Source of the DNA: Chlamydiales bacterium
Lineage (GTDB): Bacteria; Chlamydiota; Chlamydiia; Chlamydiales; JAAZZY01
DNA: 64,000 bases
Direction of reading: 5' to 3'
NCBI GenBank assembly: GCA_965206695.1
Contig: CBDBKM010000010.1
Span: 320,001 to 384,000 of the forward strand
Below, piece by piece: positions 30,625 through 42,275 of this stretch (its first letter is position 1; every line of letters starts with the position of its first letter). The notes under the pieces are model-generated. The model saw only the letters and a list, made by a program, of their open reading frames with translations. It was not told the DNA's origin and did not search any database. A program made the translations under genes and the position numbers.

Positions 30625-31426
30625 ATAAAATTGTCCTTCGACTTTTAATCGAGAAAAATAAGAAGCTCTACCCATACAAAATTTTCTTTTTAAAGTACCG
30701 AAAGCTTGCTTTATACGAAATCATCTTCTCGCAATCATTTTATTAAATAGATGTTGACTCCATTTTAAAGGATGACCCCTAACCGCTTGATGAAAAAGAC
30801 TGCCTCGAATACTGTGCTTTCTTAAATGAGAGCGGTTATCTGATGATGAGAAACCCTTCTCGGTCAGTAAACGTTTACCGTGAGTATAACCTATGATCTG
30901 TGGCAATTGGGTCACCTCAGATGCATTTGCCGGTCTGACGTGTATATGATGAATAAAACCTTCTCGGTTATCGGAAACAAAATAACCCCTATAACCGAAA
31001 TAGCTTTGCTTCCCTTTTTTAATCCAAGAGGCATCCGGATCTGCCGATTGCTTAACGGTATGATCAGATTCGACTGTTTTTTTCGGGCATGTTGCTGAAG
31101 TTACTATGATTGCATCAAGAAGAGCCCCTTCAGCTTCACTTTAATCCCATGCTTTTCTAATTGCCGGTTAATTTCGCGAAATAAGCGCTCATGAAGCCCT
31201 TTATGAATGATGGTATTCCTAAAGGCCGCATCCCTTAAAGCTTCTTCTAAAGCAGGCTCGCTTAAGCTGTGCCGGTGACCCCATAATATCGACTTAAACA
31301 GGGCAAGATTATCATACCTTGAGGATTAATTTCATTGTTATGTATGCCTTTTAGTAAGCATCGAATAGGTTGCCAATCAATGCATGATTAAAAAATCATT
31401 ATCAGGAATCAGTTATGCAGAAGTCT
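30625..31426 (-). mobile_element. Degraded IS5-family element
   Basis: End AGACTTCTGCATAACTGA at 31426. Fragments LSEPALEEALRD, FREINRQLEKHG and LTEKGF. Homologous fragment at 46797-47058. Confidence 0.65.
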
Positions 31427-31524
31427 TATTAATCCGGCGTTAGCGCTTATCCTATAGAAAAAAAAGGGTTTAGAAAATAAAAAAACCGGATAAGACTTCT
31501 TTGTAGAGACTTTGTCCGGTGATG

Positions 31525-31607
31525 TGCCGATGACCGGAATCGAACCAGCACCCTATTGCTAGGAGTAGATTTTGAATCTACCGCGTCTACCATTTCGCCA
31601 CATCGGC
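31525..31607 (-). tRNA. tRNA-Leu(CAA)
   Basis: GCCGATG/CATCGGC acceptor stem, GTAGA-TTCAAAA-TCTAC anticodon arm, long variable arm and GTTCGATTC. Confidence 0.95.
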
Positions 31608-31688
31608 AATAAATAATTTAATGTGAGGAAGATAATAGTATAGGATTGAATTATAACAAAGAAAAATCGAAAGAATTACAAGCTTGTA

Positions 31689-32585
31689 TTATCCGTCTTG
31701 TTTGACTTCATTAGTTCTATTTTCCAAGGCTTTAGCTTTCTCTTTTTCAATGATTTCTTTCACCATTTCATGAGCACTAACGTGTTCTTTTTGTACCTTC
31801 TCTTCCGGCAATTTAACAAAATCTTTCGGTGTTTCTTGAGCTATGACATCTTTAGCCAAGTTCATATAATCAAAAGCTCCATTGCAAAAAGGATCGTACT
31901 CTGTAATCGGTACCAGATGCAAAGAGGCTTCAGCAAGCTTTATATTTTCTCTGATCACTGTTTTACTGACTTGTTCACCAAAACGTTTACTTAACTGGTT
32001 TAAGACTTCTTTCGAATGCTTCGTCCTGAAATCAACTCGACATGGTAATATACTTTTAATCTCCAAGTCCGGATTTAAACGACTTTTTACTAATTTTACC
32101 GTCTTAAGTAGCTGAACAAGTCCATGTAATGCCATCACATGTGACTCTACAGGGATGATTACTTCATTTACTGCTGTTAAGGCATTTAATGATAAGGTAC
32201 CTAAATTAGGAGGACAATCGATGATAATGTAATCCCATGGTTTATCTTTTAGAAGTTTAATTTTATCACGCAAAATGTTTTCAGCCCCTACTTCTGTTGC
32301 TAAACACTTCTCTACTTTTGCCATTACAGGAGAGGTCGGTACTAAATCTAAATTAGGTGTCTGAGTTGGTTGAATAATGGTACTAAGACATTTATCTTCT
32401 AAAAATACATCTAATAGCGCCTGGCCTTGTTTCTTAAAACCATACCAATATGAAGTGGACGCTTGGGGATCTAAATCAAGTAATAGAACTTTCCGCTTTA
32501 GTGAGGCTAAGGATGCCGACAAGTTAACCGCTGTTGTGGTTTTTCCTGTTCCGCCTTTTTGATTCACGATTGCAATTGTTCTCAT
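31689..32585 (-). CDS. parA: ParA/Soj-family ATPase
   Basis: [20 protein letters not shown] and LAEA motifs. Confidence 0.9.
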   Translation of the reverse strand: MRTIAIVNQKGGTGKTTTAVNLSASLASLKRKVLLLDLDPQASTSYWYGFKKQGQALLDVFLEDKCLSTIIQPTQTPNLDLVPTSPVMAKVEKCLATEVGAENILRDKIKLLKDKPWDYIIIDCPPNLGTLSLNALTAVNEVIIPVESHVMALHGLVQLLKTVKLVKSRLNPDLEIKSILPCRVDFRTKHSKEVLNQLSKRFGEQVSKTVIRENIKLAEASLHLVPITEYDPFCNGAFDYMNLAKDVIAQETPKDFVKLPEEKVQKEHVSAHEMVKEIIEKEKAKALENRTNEVKQDG

Positions 32586-32733
32586 CTGATTCCCCCTAAG
32601 AATTTCCTTAAAAAATTATTTTATATATAACCTGTGAGTTGCTTTATCAGCAAACGGATTATAGATACTTAACTTTCAATTGCTTAAAATAAGCTCTAAA
32701 AATTAAATCAAGTAAATATTTAGAAAAAGCAGC

Positions 32734-34032
32734 TTAAATCGTTTTGTGACAATTTGTTTCTTTTACGAAAAAACAAAAGGTAAGACTAATAACTAAAAAT
32801 ATCGGAAGGGTAATTAAAGCCCACCTATAATTCGTAACTGAGAAATATGGCACTCCTTGCATCAGTTGCCCCGACCATTTTAAATCTAAAAACCATCCTA
32901 TAATAGGTTGAAAAACCGAGCCTATTAACACGGATGCCATATTCGTAATCGCAACTGATGTACCTGTTACTCTTTGAGGATTAATTTCACTGGCTACAGC
33001 GTAAGAAATAACCACTCCCGTATTTGTAAAGCCATAGAAGAAAAGGAGAATAAAAACGACAGTTATAGGCATATTTGGGATGTAGATGACAGAAGACATC
33101 AAAATAATACCAAGAAGACTAGAAAGAATCATAATAGGCTTTCGTTTTTGTATGCGATCGGAAAACCATCCCGCCAAAGGTGAACCTATTGCCCATCCAA
33201 TAAAAATAATACTTATTGCAGATGCTGCTACATTACGATGAAGAGCATAAGCTGTCGATAAAAAGCTAACACCCCATAATTCGGCAAAAGCGGCACTAGA
33301 GGCATAGAGAAAACCGATATATCCACAATTTATCCATGTTTGGCTATTAGTCAATACTATCTTTATACCTGAACAAACAGAATGCATTTCAATCTTTTTA
33401 TTCGCAGGCTTATGAAAATATTTGGGGGGGTAGTCTCTAACTACAATACCTATGAAAATGGCAAGAACAATAAAAACAGCTGCAAATAACCAAATCGTAT
33501 CTCGCCATCCAATGTGTCCAACAAGAACAGACACAGGAGCTTCTCCTACTGCAGCCCCTGCCATTCCTAATGCTTGTGTCATCCCTGCCAACAGGCCAAA
33601 ACGCGTGGGTGGGAACCAAATGGAAGAGAGTTTTAAAGTTCCTACAAAAGCAAATGCTCCACCAAATCCCATCATAAAACGACCAAGCTTAGAAATCATA
33701 AGGGAGTCTGAGACGGCAAATAGAACACAACCCATAGCTGTTATAAAAGCAGTAAGCGTCAATAAAAAACGAGCGCTATAACGATCGACTAAGACACCAA
33801 CCGGAATTTGCATAATAATATATGCTAAATAAAAGTAAGCCGATAAGCTTCCTAATTCTAAAGCTCTAACATGCAAAGCTTTCATTAAATCAGTAACCAT
33901 GACACCGGGTGAGACCCGAACAAAATACTCAGCAAAGAAGAAAAAGGCGCCTAACCCCCAGATTAGCCAAGGAAGAAGATGAAATTGTTTCTTTAAGGAA
34001 GTCGATGTATCATTTTCTGTTAAATCAGCCAC
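32734..34032 (-). CDS. MFS transporter
   Basis: About 12 TM segments; G.LVDRYS.R and G.FSDRI.KRK motifs. Confidence 0.88.
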   Translation of the reverse strand: MADLTENDTSTSLKKQFHLLPWLIWGLGAFFFFAEYFVRVSPGVMVTDLMKALHVRALELGSLSAYFYLAYIIMQIPVGVLVDRYSARFLLTLTAFITAMGCVLFAVSDSLMISKLGRFMMGFGGAFAFVGTLKLSSIWFPPTRFGLLAGMTQALGMAGAAVGEAPVSVLVGHIGWRDTIWLFAAVFIVLAIFIGIVVRDYPPKYFHKPANKKIEMHSVCSGIKIVLTNSQTWINCGYIGFLYASSAAFAELWGVSFLSTAYALHRNVAASAISIIFIGWAIGSPLAGWFSDRIQKRKPIMILSSLLGIILMSSVIYIPNMPITVVFILLFFYGFTNTGVVISYAVASEINPQRVTGTSVAITNMASVLIGSVFQPIIGWFLDLKWSGQLMQGVPYFSVTNYRWALITLPIFLVISLTFCFFVKETNCHKTI

Positions 34033-34053
34033 AAATATTTATCTCTCTATGAT

Positions 34054-34902
34054 TTAGTATCTATAAAACCCATAAAATGCTTGCTCCCAAGTATAGGTCA
34101 CTCTTTTCCCGTCGTCTCTATTGCTACGAACTTGAATGCTAATATAAGGAAAAGAGTGATCATTATCCTTGTCTCTTCCCTCATCTGCTTTAAATGATTT
34201 CACGAATACTTCTTTATTATACCGGGGGTAAGTGGATACATTTGTATCTTCTTTTTCATACCGTTCGAAGTATTCATATGCCTTTTTTCCGGCAAAAGGA
34301 ATCGTTTGATTATAATAGAGCATAATTAGCTCAATAACCTTTTCAGGTTTATTTTCCAAGCCTTCTAAATAAAAATCCACTTCAGCCCCAACCATATGTT
34401 TTGACGTTCGATTATAATTAGAAGGATCGGAAAATCGATTGTGCATTGGACAACGATGACCACACGTAATGATCACTTTTCTACCGGACTCTTTCTGTAT
34501 GAAATTTAAAATTTCTATAAGAGCAGGGTAGATATTTTCTTTATCATTAATAATTGGCAAGCTATGTCTATCTTTGCCTACACAATCTGTGATTCGCTCC
34601 GGCTCTCCTCTTTTATTTTTCAAAACATATGCTTGATTTACAGCATCCCCCCGACAGCGAAAAAATTCTTTATTAATCTTTGGAATGTCCCCAATGTAAA
34701 CCTCTTCCCATGAATATCGCTGTCTCTCAATATATTGGGGTTCTTGTATTGCAAAATACTCATCCCCTTCCATGCGATAAATACACTCAGCCACAGTGTT
34801 TTTTTTTCGATTTTTTTGATATTCCGATTCTTTAAGCCCTTGACAACTGACTAAAAGATAGAGAAAGACAAAAGACAATACTAGTGTTTTAGAAATAAAC
34901 AT
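34054..34902 (-). CDS. Lipoprotein with peptidase M15-like motifs
   Basis: Lipobox LVSC; ITCGHRC and SKHMVGAEVDF motifs. Confidence 0.6.
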   Translation of the reverse strand: MFISKTLVLSFVFLYLLVSCQGLKESEYQKNRKKNTVAECIYRMEGDEYFAIQEPQYIERQRYSWEEVYIGDIPKINKEFFRCRGDAVNQAYVLKNKRGEPERITDCVGKDRHSLPIINDKENIYPALIEILNFIQKESGRKVIITCGHRCPMHNRFSDPSNYNRTSKHMVGAEVDFYLEGLENKPEKVIELIMLYYNQTIPFAGKKAYEYFERYEKEDTNVSTYPRYNKEVFVKSFKADEGRDKDNDHSFPYISIQVRSNRDDGKRVTYTWEQAFYGFYRY

Positions 34903-34946
34903 ATTTTAACTCAAAAAATGAAAATTATGTTATAAGTTGTCATTAT

Positions 34947-35636
34947 ATGAAATGGATTAATGAATATCAACTTTTCCTATTTGACTTTGACGGTCTTTTG
35001 GTTGACACAGAAGCAGTGCATTTTGCTGCATACAAGAAAATGTGTAGTGAAAGAGGCCTTCATTTAAATTGGGATTTTACACAATTCTGCCACTTTGCTC
35101 ACCAAGATACTCATACTTTAAGATCTGCCATTGCCCGGGAAGTGCCTGATTTGGGGAAGGCAAATATCGGCTGGGAAACTCTTTATAAAGAAAAAACACA
35201 GTATTATATGGATCTTCTGGGAATGCTGGATATTAAATTAATGCCCGGAGCGAAACTCTTATTAAAAAAATTAAAAAAAAATAACATCAAACGCTGTGTG
35301 GTCACAAATTCTACATTTGCACAAATTAATACCATTAGAAAACGAAACGATATCTTAGGCACAATCCCTTACTGGATAACACGTGAAGATTATCACATGC
35401 CTAAGCCTAACCCCGAATGTTATCAAAAAGCTATCAATCAACTAGCTGAAGCTGAAGATCGTATTATTGGATTTGAAGATTCACCAAAAGGCCTTTTTTC
35501 TCTAATGGAAACAAGGGCAACACCCGTTTTAATCAGAGATAGTATTCCAAAGGTTCTTCAAGAGGAATGGCAAAAGAAAAAATTCATTCATTTTCAAAGC
35601 TTAGAAGAGCTTTTTTCACAAAACTTACGGGTATAA
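34947..35636 (+). CDS. HAD-family hydrolase
   Basis: FDFDGLLVDTE, VTNS, KPNPE and FEDS motifs. Confidence 0.88.
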   Translation: MKWINEYQLFLFDFDGLLVDTEAVHFAAYKKMCSERGLHLNWDFTQFCHFAHQDTHTLRSAIAREVPDLGKANIGWETLYKEKTQYYMDLLGMLDIKLMPGAKLLLKKLKKNNIKRCVVTNSTFAQINTIRKRNDILGTIPYWITREDYHMPKPNPECYQKAINQLAEAEDRIIGFEDSPKGLFSLMETRATPVLIRDSIPKVLQEEWQKKKFIHFQSLEELFSQNLRV

Positions 35637-36371
35637 TACCGAAGCCAGGAATAACCCTTGCGCAGGAGCCGTTTTTCCAACAACTTTCCGATCCTTAGCT
35701 TCAAACAGCTTAGGCAGCATGCTGAGTTCAAGCTTAGAAGTAGCTACCTCTACTAGAGTACCTACAATATTACGAACCATTTTATATAAAAAACCATTCC
35801 CCTCCATTTCAATTCGAAGTCCCCCATATTGCTCAATGACATTAACATGACATATCGTACGAATAGAGTTCTTTGCACATGCCCCTTCATTGGAAGAGTT
35901 TGAAAAAGAAGTGAAATCATGCTCGCCAATGAAATATACTGTGGCTTTTTTAAGTAATTCTCTATTCACATTACTACGAACATGCCAAGCATACTTTCTT
36001 TTAAATGGGTCCTGTACACACTCTAACCAAAGGTGATAATGATAACTTTTTCCAATAGCCAGGTAACGTGCATGAAAATCGTCGAATACTTTTTCAATAG
36101 ACTTTATACGTATATCATAAGGTAATATTCCATTGATCGATTTGATAAAGCGAGTAAAATCAATGTTTTTAGAATAGCGGAAGTGAGCGACTTGACCTAA
36201 AGCATGGACACCCGAATCTGTTCTTCCTGAAGCTGTTATTTTAATCTTATTTCGAAACAATAAAGCTAAAGCTGATTCTAAAACTTCTTGAATAGAAAGA
36301 GCATTCGGCTGAATTTGCCATCCGGAATAAGCTGTACCATCATAAGCAAGTACCAGCTTATAAGTACTCAT
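35625..36371 (-). CDS. truA: tRNA pseudouridine(38-40) synthase
   Basis: YDGTAYSGWQ, SGRTDSGVHA, GFLYKMVR and TAPAQGL motifs. Confidence 0.95.
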   Translation of the reverse strand: MSTYKLVLAYDGTAYSGWQIQPNALSIQEVLESALALLFRNKIKITASGRTDSGVHALGQVAHFRYSKNIDFTRFIKSINGILPYDIRIKSIEKVFDDFHARYLAIGKSYHYHLWLECVQDPFKRKYAWHVRSNVNRELLKKATVYFIGEHDFTSFSNSSNEGACAKNSIRTICHVNVIEQYGGLRIEMEGNGFLYKMVRNIVGTLVEVATSKLELSMLPKLFEAKDRKVVGKTAPAQGLFLASVLYP

Positions 36372-36381
36372 CGTTTTTTGG

Positions 36382-37101
36382 TTATCTTGCATAGAGATCA
36401 ACTATCTCAAGAAATTTACCGGCAATAGATAAATCTTCCGGCGTCGTTATTTTAAGATTAGAGTAAGATCCCCTAACTAGTTTAATAGGATGTTCCAGAA
36501 TTTCTATTAAGGACATGTCATCCGTAATAGAAAGCGCCTTCTCATTTACAATTATAAAGGCTTCTTCGAATAATTTCTTCTTTGCAATTTGAGGTGTTTG
36601 AATTTCCCAGATATAATTTCTGTCCAACGTCTTTTTGACAAATTCATTTTGATCACTTTCTTTAACAGTAAATTTTACAGGCATTCCTAAAACGGCAGCC
36701 CCAACTGTCCTGGCTTCTGCAATAACATTTTCCAGTAATTTATAGGTTAAGACCGGGCGAGCAGCATCGTGAACACAAATAAAGCTATTATTTATCTGAG
36801 AAGCTTGTAACCCATTGTAAAAAGAATCTTGCCGTCTTTTACCCGGTGTTGCAAAAGTAATAAGAGTTGTATTTGATTTTTGCATAAAAAGATTTCGATA
36901 CTCCTCTTCACACACAAGGACAATTTCAGATATTTCCGGGTGGCTTAAAAACAAATCGAAACTATATTGAGCGATGCATTTATCTTTAAGTAATAGATAT
37001 TGCTTAGGCAAAGAGGACTCCATCCGGGTGCCCCTGCCACCGGCAAGTAAAACAGCCGTTATTTGATCCGCCTTCTTTTTTAAACTTTTAATCGTGAACA
37101 T
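36382..37101 (-). CDS. ispD: 2-C-methyl-D-erythritol 4-phosphate cytidylyltransferase
   Basis: LAGGRGTRM, PKQY, RQDS, VHDAARP, QTPQ and NLKITTPEDL motifs. Start codon uncertain. Confidence 0.93.
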   Translation of the reverse strand: MFTIKSLKKKADQITAVLLAGGRGTRMESSLPKQYLLLKDKCIAQYSFDLFLSHPEISEIVLVCEEEYRNLFMQKSNTTLITFATPGKRRQDSFYNGLQASQINNSFICVHDAARPVLTYKLLENVIAEARTVGAAVLGMPVKFTVKESDQNEFVKKTLDRNYIWEIQTPQIAKKKLFEEAFIIVNEKALSITDDMSLIEILEHPIKLVRGSYSNLKITTPEDLSIAGKFLEIVDLYAR

Positions 37102-38067
37102 AGATGATTTTACTACCTTGAGGTTCAAAGAAGAATGGCACTTCTTTTAAATCACAGATAGCTGAACGCACCGCTTCTTGTTTTTTATTTTCACAGCATA
37201 ACAGTAAAAAACCGCCGCCACCGGCACCTAAAATTTTCCCGCCTATGGATCCGGCTTTTAGAGCTTTTTCATAATAGTCATCGATCAATGAATTAGAGAC
37301 CTTCGAAGCTAAACCACGTTTTAACAGCCATCCTTGGTGCAAAATTTCTCCAAAAGAGCTTAAATCCTCTTCAATTAAGCTAGACTTCAAATCAGCAGCT
37401 AGCTGCTTAATCTTCATAAGACAATCTAAATTTTTCTCTGTTTTGTTATTTTGCTCTTCTAAAACTTCGGAAGATTTTCTTGTTAACCCTGTATAAAAAA
37501 GTAACACCTTTCGATTAATCTGCTCTTTGAATGATGATGAACAAATAATCGGATTTACAAAAACGGTGTCATCGGAATTAAACTGCAAATGATTAAAACC
37601 ACCATAGGCTGCTATATATTGATCTTGCTTTCCAATAGGTTGCGATAATACATCAATTTCGATTTTACAAGCATCTAGTGCTAATTTTTCAGCTGATACA
37701 TGTTTACCAATATACGCATACAAAGCATTCAAAACACCAACAGCTAAACTACCGGAAGAACCTAATCCAATACCGGCTGTCCCTAAGGGAATATCTCCCA
37801 TATAGACAATTTCAATTCCTTTGTCGACTCCAACTAACTTTAGAGCTTCTCTTATAATATTATGCTCAATATCTTCAACATTGCTCACGATTTCAGTTTT
37901 AGAATAGCTAACACGAATCAGATCATCAAATTTTTTATTTACAGTGATATAGATATACTTATTTATTCCCGTTGTTACAACTGCTCCGATATGATCCTGA
38001 TAAAAGGCCTGAAAATCCGTCCCGCCACCGGCAAAACTCATTCGTAACGGGTCCTTGAAATTATCAT
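37088..38067 (-). CDS. hddA: GHMP kinase, heptose-7-phosphate kinase (HddA)-like; apparent 1-bp deletion near the start
   Basis: PLRMSFAGGGTD, GLGSSG, GKQDQY and GAGGGGF motifs. GGAG-ATG at 38067 gives MIISRT, then goes out of frame. Confidence 0.75.
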
Positions 38068-38150
38068 TTTTCGCTCCAACATAAAGAAATAATGATAACA
38101 TAAAATAGGCTATTAGGCCAAAAGATAAAAATCACTAGTAAGACAAGGAA

Positions 38151-38545
38151 TTGACAGCTCCCGACCCTAAAGGGAAGGAATGCCTAATTCAACGACCCTC
38201 GCTAACCGGTGTTAGTCTAATACGATCTCCAAAGGCTTAAATTACCGACTGCCGGTATCTATATTGTAAGCCGCATTAAAATCTTTGTCATGCAAAATAT
38301 TGCATGTGGGATATTTCCAAGATCTTATCTCGCAATCTAATTGTCCTACATTGTGGTTGCATATGGAGCATTGTTGTGTACCGGGAAAATTCTGAGGTAG
38401 CTCTCTACCATGCTTCTTTCGTATCAATCACATGTATATTTTAAATATGTTAACAATTGGCGCCATCCTGCATCTGATATACCTTTCGCATATCTTTTAT
38501 TTTTTAACATACTTGTGATATCTAAACCTTCTATTTAAAACAATT
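38151..38545 (-). pseudogene. tnpB: Degraded tnpB (second family) with right end
   Basis: Fragments ISDAGW, CSIC and HDKDFNAAYNI; ends GGGAGCTGTCAA. Confidence 0.75.
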
Positions 38546-38570
38546 AGAGTTGTTACATAATAAAAGTTAT

Positions 38571-39460
38571 ATGAACCTATCCCACTAATTTATCTATCCA
38601 AAATTTAATCAGCACCGGAGTTAAAAAGCCTTTCCAATACTTCATCTTTCTTTCCCAACGGATAACGACTTTTCGAAACTTTCTTTGTAGCCATGAAATA
38701 ACTCTCTCTACTTGCCATCGTTTACGCTTTATCATCGCCCTAATTTTTTTAGAAGCTTTCTGTCCGGGCTTTTTTCGTCTACAAATCCATGGAAAAATAC
38801 CCCTTATCAAAAGAGCCTCTCGTAACGCCTCTGAGTCGTAGCCTTTATCCGCTTCAAAAATAGGTGTGAGATTACGATGCTTCCACCTATTTTGTACTCT
38901 ATTAATCAAAGGGATTGGTTTATTTCCTCTCGTCTCCATGGACTCCTGTAGGGATAAGAGCAATAGGTGAGCCATATCCGTCTACAAGTAAATGTCCGGT
39001 AACTCCTTTTCCCTTATAGCCGTACGTAACTTCTTCTCCGCCACCCTTACCTCCTGAAAACAAACCCATCACCGGCTATTCGTTCCCAATTGAATAAGTT
39101 TTTCAATTCGGACAAGGATAATCCGGCACTTAGTATAGCATCCAAAGTCCCGTCCTCTTGCCAAACACTCAACCGGCTATGAGAAGTGGTTCTTGCTCCC
39201 CAAGCTTCACCTTTTGGGAGGTCGCACCAACGACTACCTGTTATTAAAATCCAAAATATTGAATGGCATACCTTTCTCCAAGATGCATGAGGATATCCTT
39301 TAGATCTTTTCTCCGGTTCTTGAGGTACTAATGGTGCTAAGAACGACCATTGACTATCTGTTAACCCTTCAAATTTAGACATTTTTTCTCCCCTTTCATA
39401 ATTTATGAAAGGGGAGCATACCAAATACAAATTTAAATTACATTAATGGGATAGGTTCAT
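38571..39460 (-). mobile_element. IS5-family element (two-ORF, IS427/IS1031-like)
   Basis: TIRs ATGAACCTATCCCAyTAAT; LTDSQW, WCDLP, ADKGYD and RWQVER motifs. Confidence 0.85.
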
Positions 39461-40069
39461 GAGTTTAGATCATTCTAAAAGTCTTTTAATCATCTGCTTG
39501 CCCCTATATTGTTCTAAAAAAACTTATCAAAAACCACTAAAAATTTAAATCGCAACAAGTCTATTATTAAACTTCTTTTTAAAAAAAACAGTTAAAACCA
39601 TCAAATTATTTTTAATTTATTACTCCGACACTTCTGAATAACTGATTTAGTTGTTAGTAAATAGATTCATTAAATTAGTTTAAAGTTATTTTCTTTTTTT
39701 CGTTTACTTTAAACGTCTTTTGTTTAATAATATGTAAAAAAAGAGGCTGCGTTAAAAAAGTATCGTAAATCCCGGATTAGTAAAAAAACCTCTACAAGTT
39801 ATCAGCGACTTAGCCGGACTTTTTCAGATCACATATCTTTGGAGGACTATGGAGATTGGCAAAATACTCATCGAAGATTTTGCCGATAGAGAGATCAAGG
39901 TCTTTGGGAATCTTTATTGGCGATTATATTTGAAGAAGCTTATTATGAATGGTTAATGCAAGCTATGTCAAAGTACATCCGCAGCTTTCCGAATCTGACA
40001 TAAGCTCCAAAGGCTTAACTTACCGACTGCCTCACGGTAGATCTAAAAGATAGGAAGAGTATACAAAAT

Positions 40070-40954
40070 ATGAGAATTAATAAGAATGCGAAACAACACT
40101 TTAATCAAGACGCTCCCGTCCCAATGCTAAAGCAAAGGGTTTTATCGCTTAATTGTCATAATATTCAAACTGTTATGAGCGATGTAGAAGGTAGTACTGA
40201 TGTTTATATTGCTGCTTATGGAAGCTTGGTATATCAAGAATATGGAACCAATAATAATATAGCTTTACCAATTGAAAAAAAGGCGACTTCTTATTCAGAG
40301 GGCCGGAGAAAAACGAGTCTAAAGGTACAGACAGCATTTCATCGAATATCATCTATTCATCGTAAAGGCTTCTTAACTACACATTCACGACTTACATTGA
40401 TTTCCGTTACAGATAGGGGTGAAATGACTCACCTTTATGTAGCTAAATCGACAGCGCATATTGGGAGGGGAAATCAGAAAAAATTTGGAAAAGACTCCCT
40501 AAATAGTGCAATTAGAGCTTTAAAATGCCGAGAGGATATGACAACTATTGAGAACTGTAGAAGCTCATTAGGACATGATAAGATAGCTTATGTTTATAGA
40601 GGAAGTTCCTTTCCGGAATAAGCACCTAATGATCCCACTAAGATAATACAATTTAAAATCGATGGTCAAGATTTTATAGCTCGCTTTCACCCTCGCTCCT
40701 TTACGGAAACATCACTAGAGGCAATCGGTGACTGGTTACCAGAAAAAAATGCCCATGGTATGGCAATAACCGCATTACTTCCTAACATAAAAAATGAAGA
40801 GGTGCTAAAAATTATTGAAAATGAAGCTCTTCTTGACAATCGGCCGGTTACAGGAATCAGAAAGCGTTCAATTGCATATTTTGAAAGCTTGCCGGAATCT
40901 ACAAGAAAGGCTCATGAGTCATATGGACGTTTTATTCATAATTTAGATTTATGA
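40070..40954 (+). pseudogene. About 294-codon ORF broken by one in-frame TAA; ChaC/GGCT-like YGSL motif
   Basis: YIAAYGSL motif. The frame stays open after the TAA at 40619-40621 into ORF 40760-40954. Confidence 0.5.
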
Positions 40955-41025
40955 CAATCAAGCGAAAAAACCCTTTGCTTTAGCATTGGGATGAGAGCAT
41001 CTACTTGTTTTTTTGATTTTGTATA

Positions 41026-41960
41026 TAGTATTTTAATTTTTATTTGATAATATGTTATCCTTCTTTTTTTATACAAACAGTAAGGACAAAACAATGCCTA
41101 GAGCCTATTCAGTAGATCTTCGAGAGAAAGTATGACAACATATAGAAAAACATCATGATAAAAAAACAGCCGGCCATATTTTTCAAGTAGGTATCGCAAC
41201 AATATATCGATGGATCTTGCAAAAAAAGCAAAAAGGACATTTAAAGCCAATCCGCAGAAAATATGCTTATAAGAAATTAGATGATGAGTTGTTATCTAAA
41301 TATGTAGAAAAACATCCGGATTATTTTTTATCGGAAATTGCTGATTATTTTTCAGTCACTCCGCAAACGATTTTTTATGCCCTTAAAAGATTAAAAATTA
41401 CACGAAAAAAAAAACTACTCGCTATAAGGAAAGAGATGAAAAAAAACGGGAAGCTTTTATGAAAGATTTAAAAAATATTCCCTTTGACAAGAGAATTTAT
41501 CTCGATGAAACCGGGATTCATCAATTTTTATTTCGTGAGTCCGGAAGAAGCTTACGCGGCAAAAAAGTTTTTGGAGCGGTTTCAGGAAACCGCTTTATAA
41601 GGCAAAATATTATTTCAGCCCTATCTAAAGGGCAGTTTTTATCTCCAATGTGTTTTGAAGGTACTTGTAATACCGGGTTATTCAATATTTGGCTTAAGGA
41701 AGTTTTGACTCCTCAGCTTACACCCGGTAGTGTTCTTATTCTTGACAATGCCGGTTTTCACAAGTCAGCGGAAAGCAGGAAAACAGTAGAATCTGCCGGT
41801 TGTAAGCTTATGTTTCTTCCTCCCTATTCTCCGGACTTAAATCCTATAGAAAAATATTGGGCTAATATGAAAAATAAAGTTAGAGAGATATTACGAAAAG
41901 TTACGAATTTTAAATTCGCCATTGATCAAGCAATCTTATCAATGTAAAATTAAATGACTA
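41026..41960 (+). mobile_element. IS630-family element type A with a nonsense codon in orfA
   Basis: Same TIRs and TA flanks as 12265-13199; TTA to TGA change at 41133. Confidence 0.9.
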
Positions 41961-42275
41961 TAACAACATCCCTTTAGCCGAAAGCCGGGTTTTCTCAATA
42001 GAATGCACTGCCATATTTTCTTCTCCATTTTAAGAAAAAATAATAAAAAAAAAGTATACATCATTGCGAAAAATTATTTAACGGGAATTGTTATATTGCA
42101 TCCAATTTAGCGTCATTTGGAGAGGTATTTTTAACCATATAGGCTTATATATATTCGGCAGTTGAAGTTTTATTTTTTTTTCTAATTCAGATATTGTGAT
42201 TTTATAGTTTTTAAAGAAGTCCTCTTCCGGGGGTAAATTTGAGATTAAATAAGACTCAATAAAAATTGTTTTTTA

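Noticed and set aside
11970..31525. attL/attR duplication of the tRNA-Leu 3' end
   Set aside because: No second copy of TGCCGATGACCGGAAT was found by eye, so integration at the tRNA is unproven.
31689..32585. Second parA as part of the integrated element
   Set aside because: It lies on the other side of tRNA-Leu among core-like genes.
39835..39960. Possible gene between the IS5 element and ORF 40070
   Set aside because: Translates as YGDWQNTHRRFCR*, a degraded IS5-family transposase fragment.
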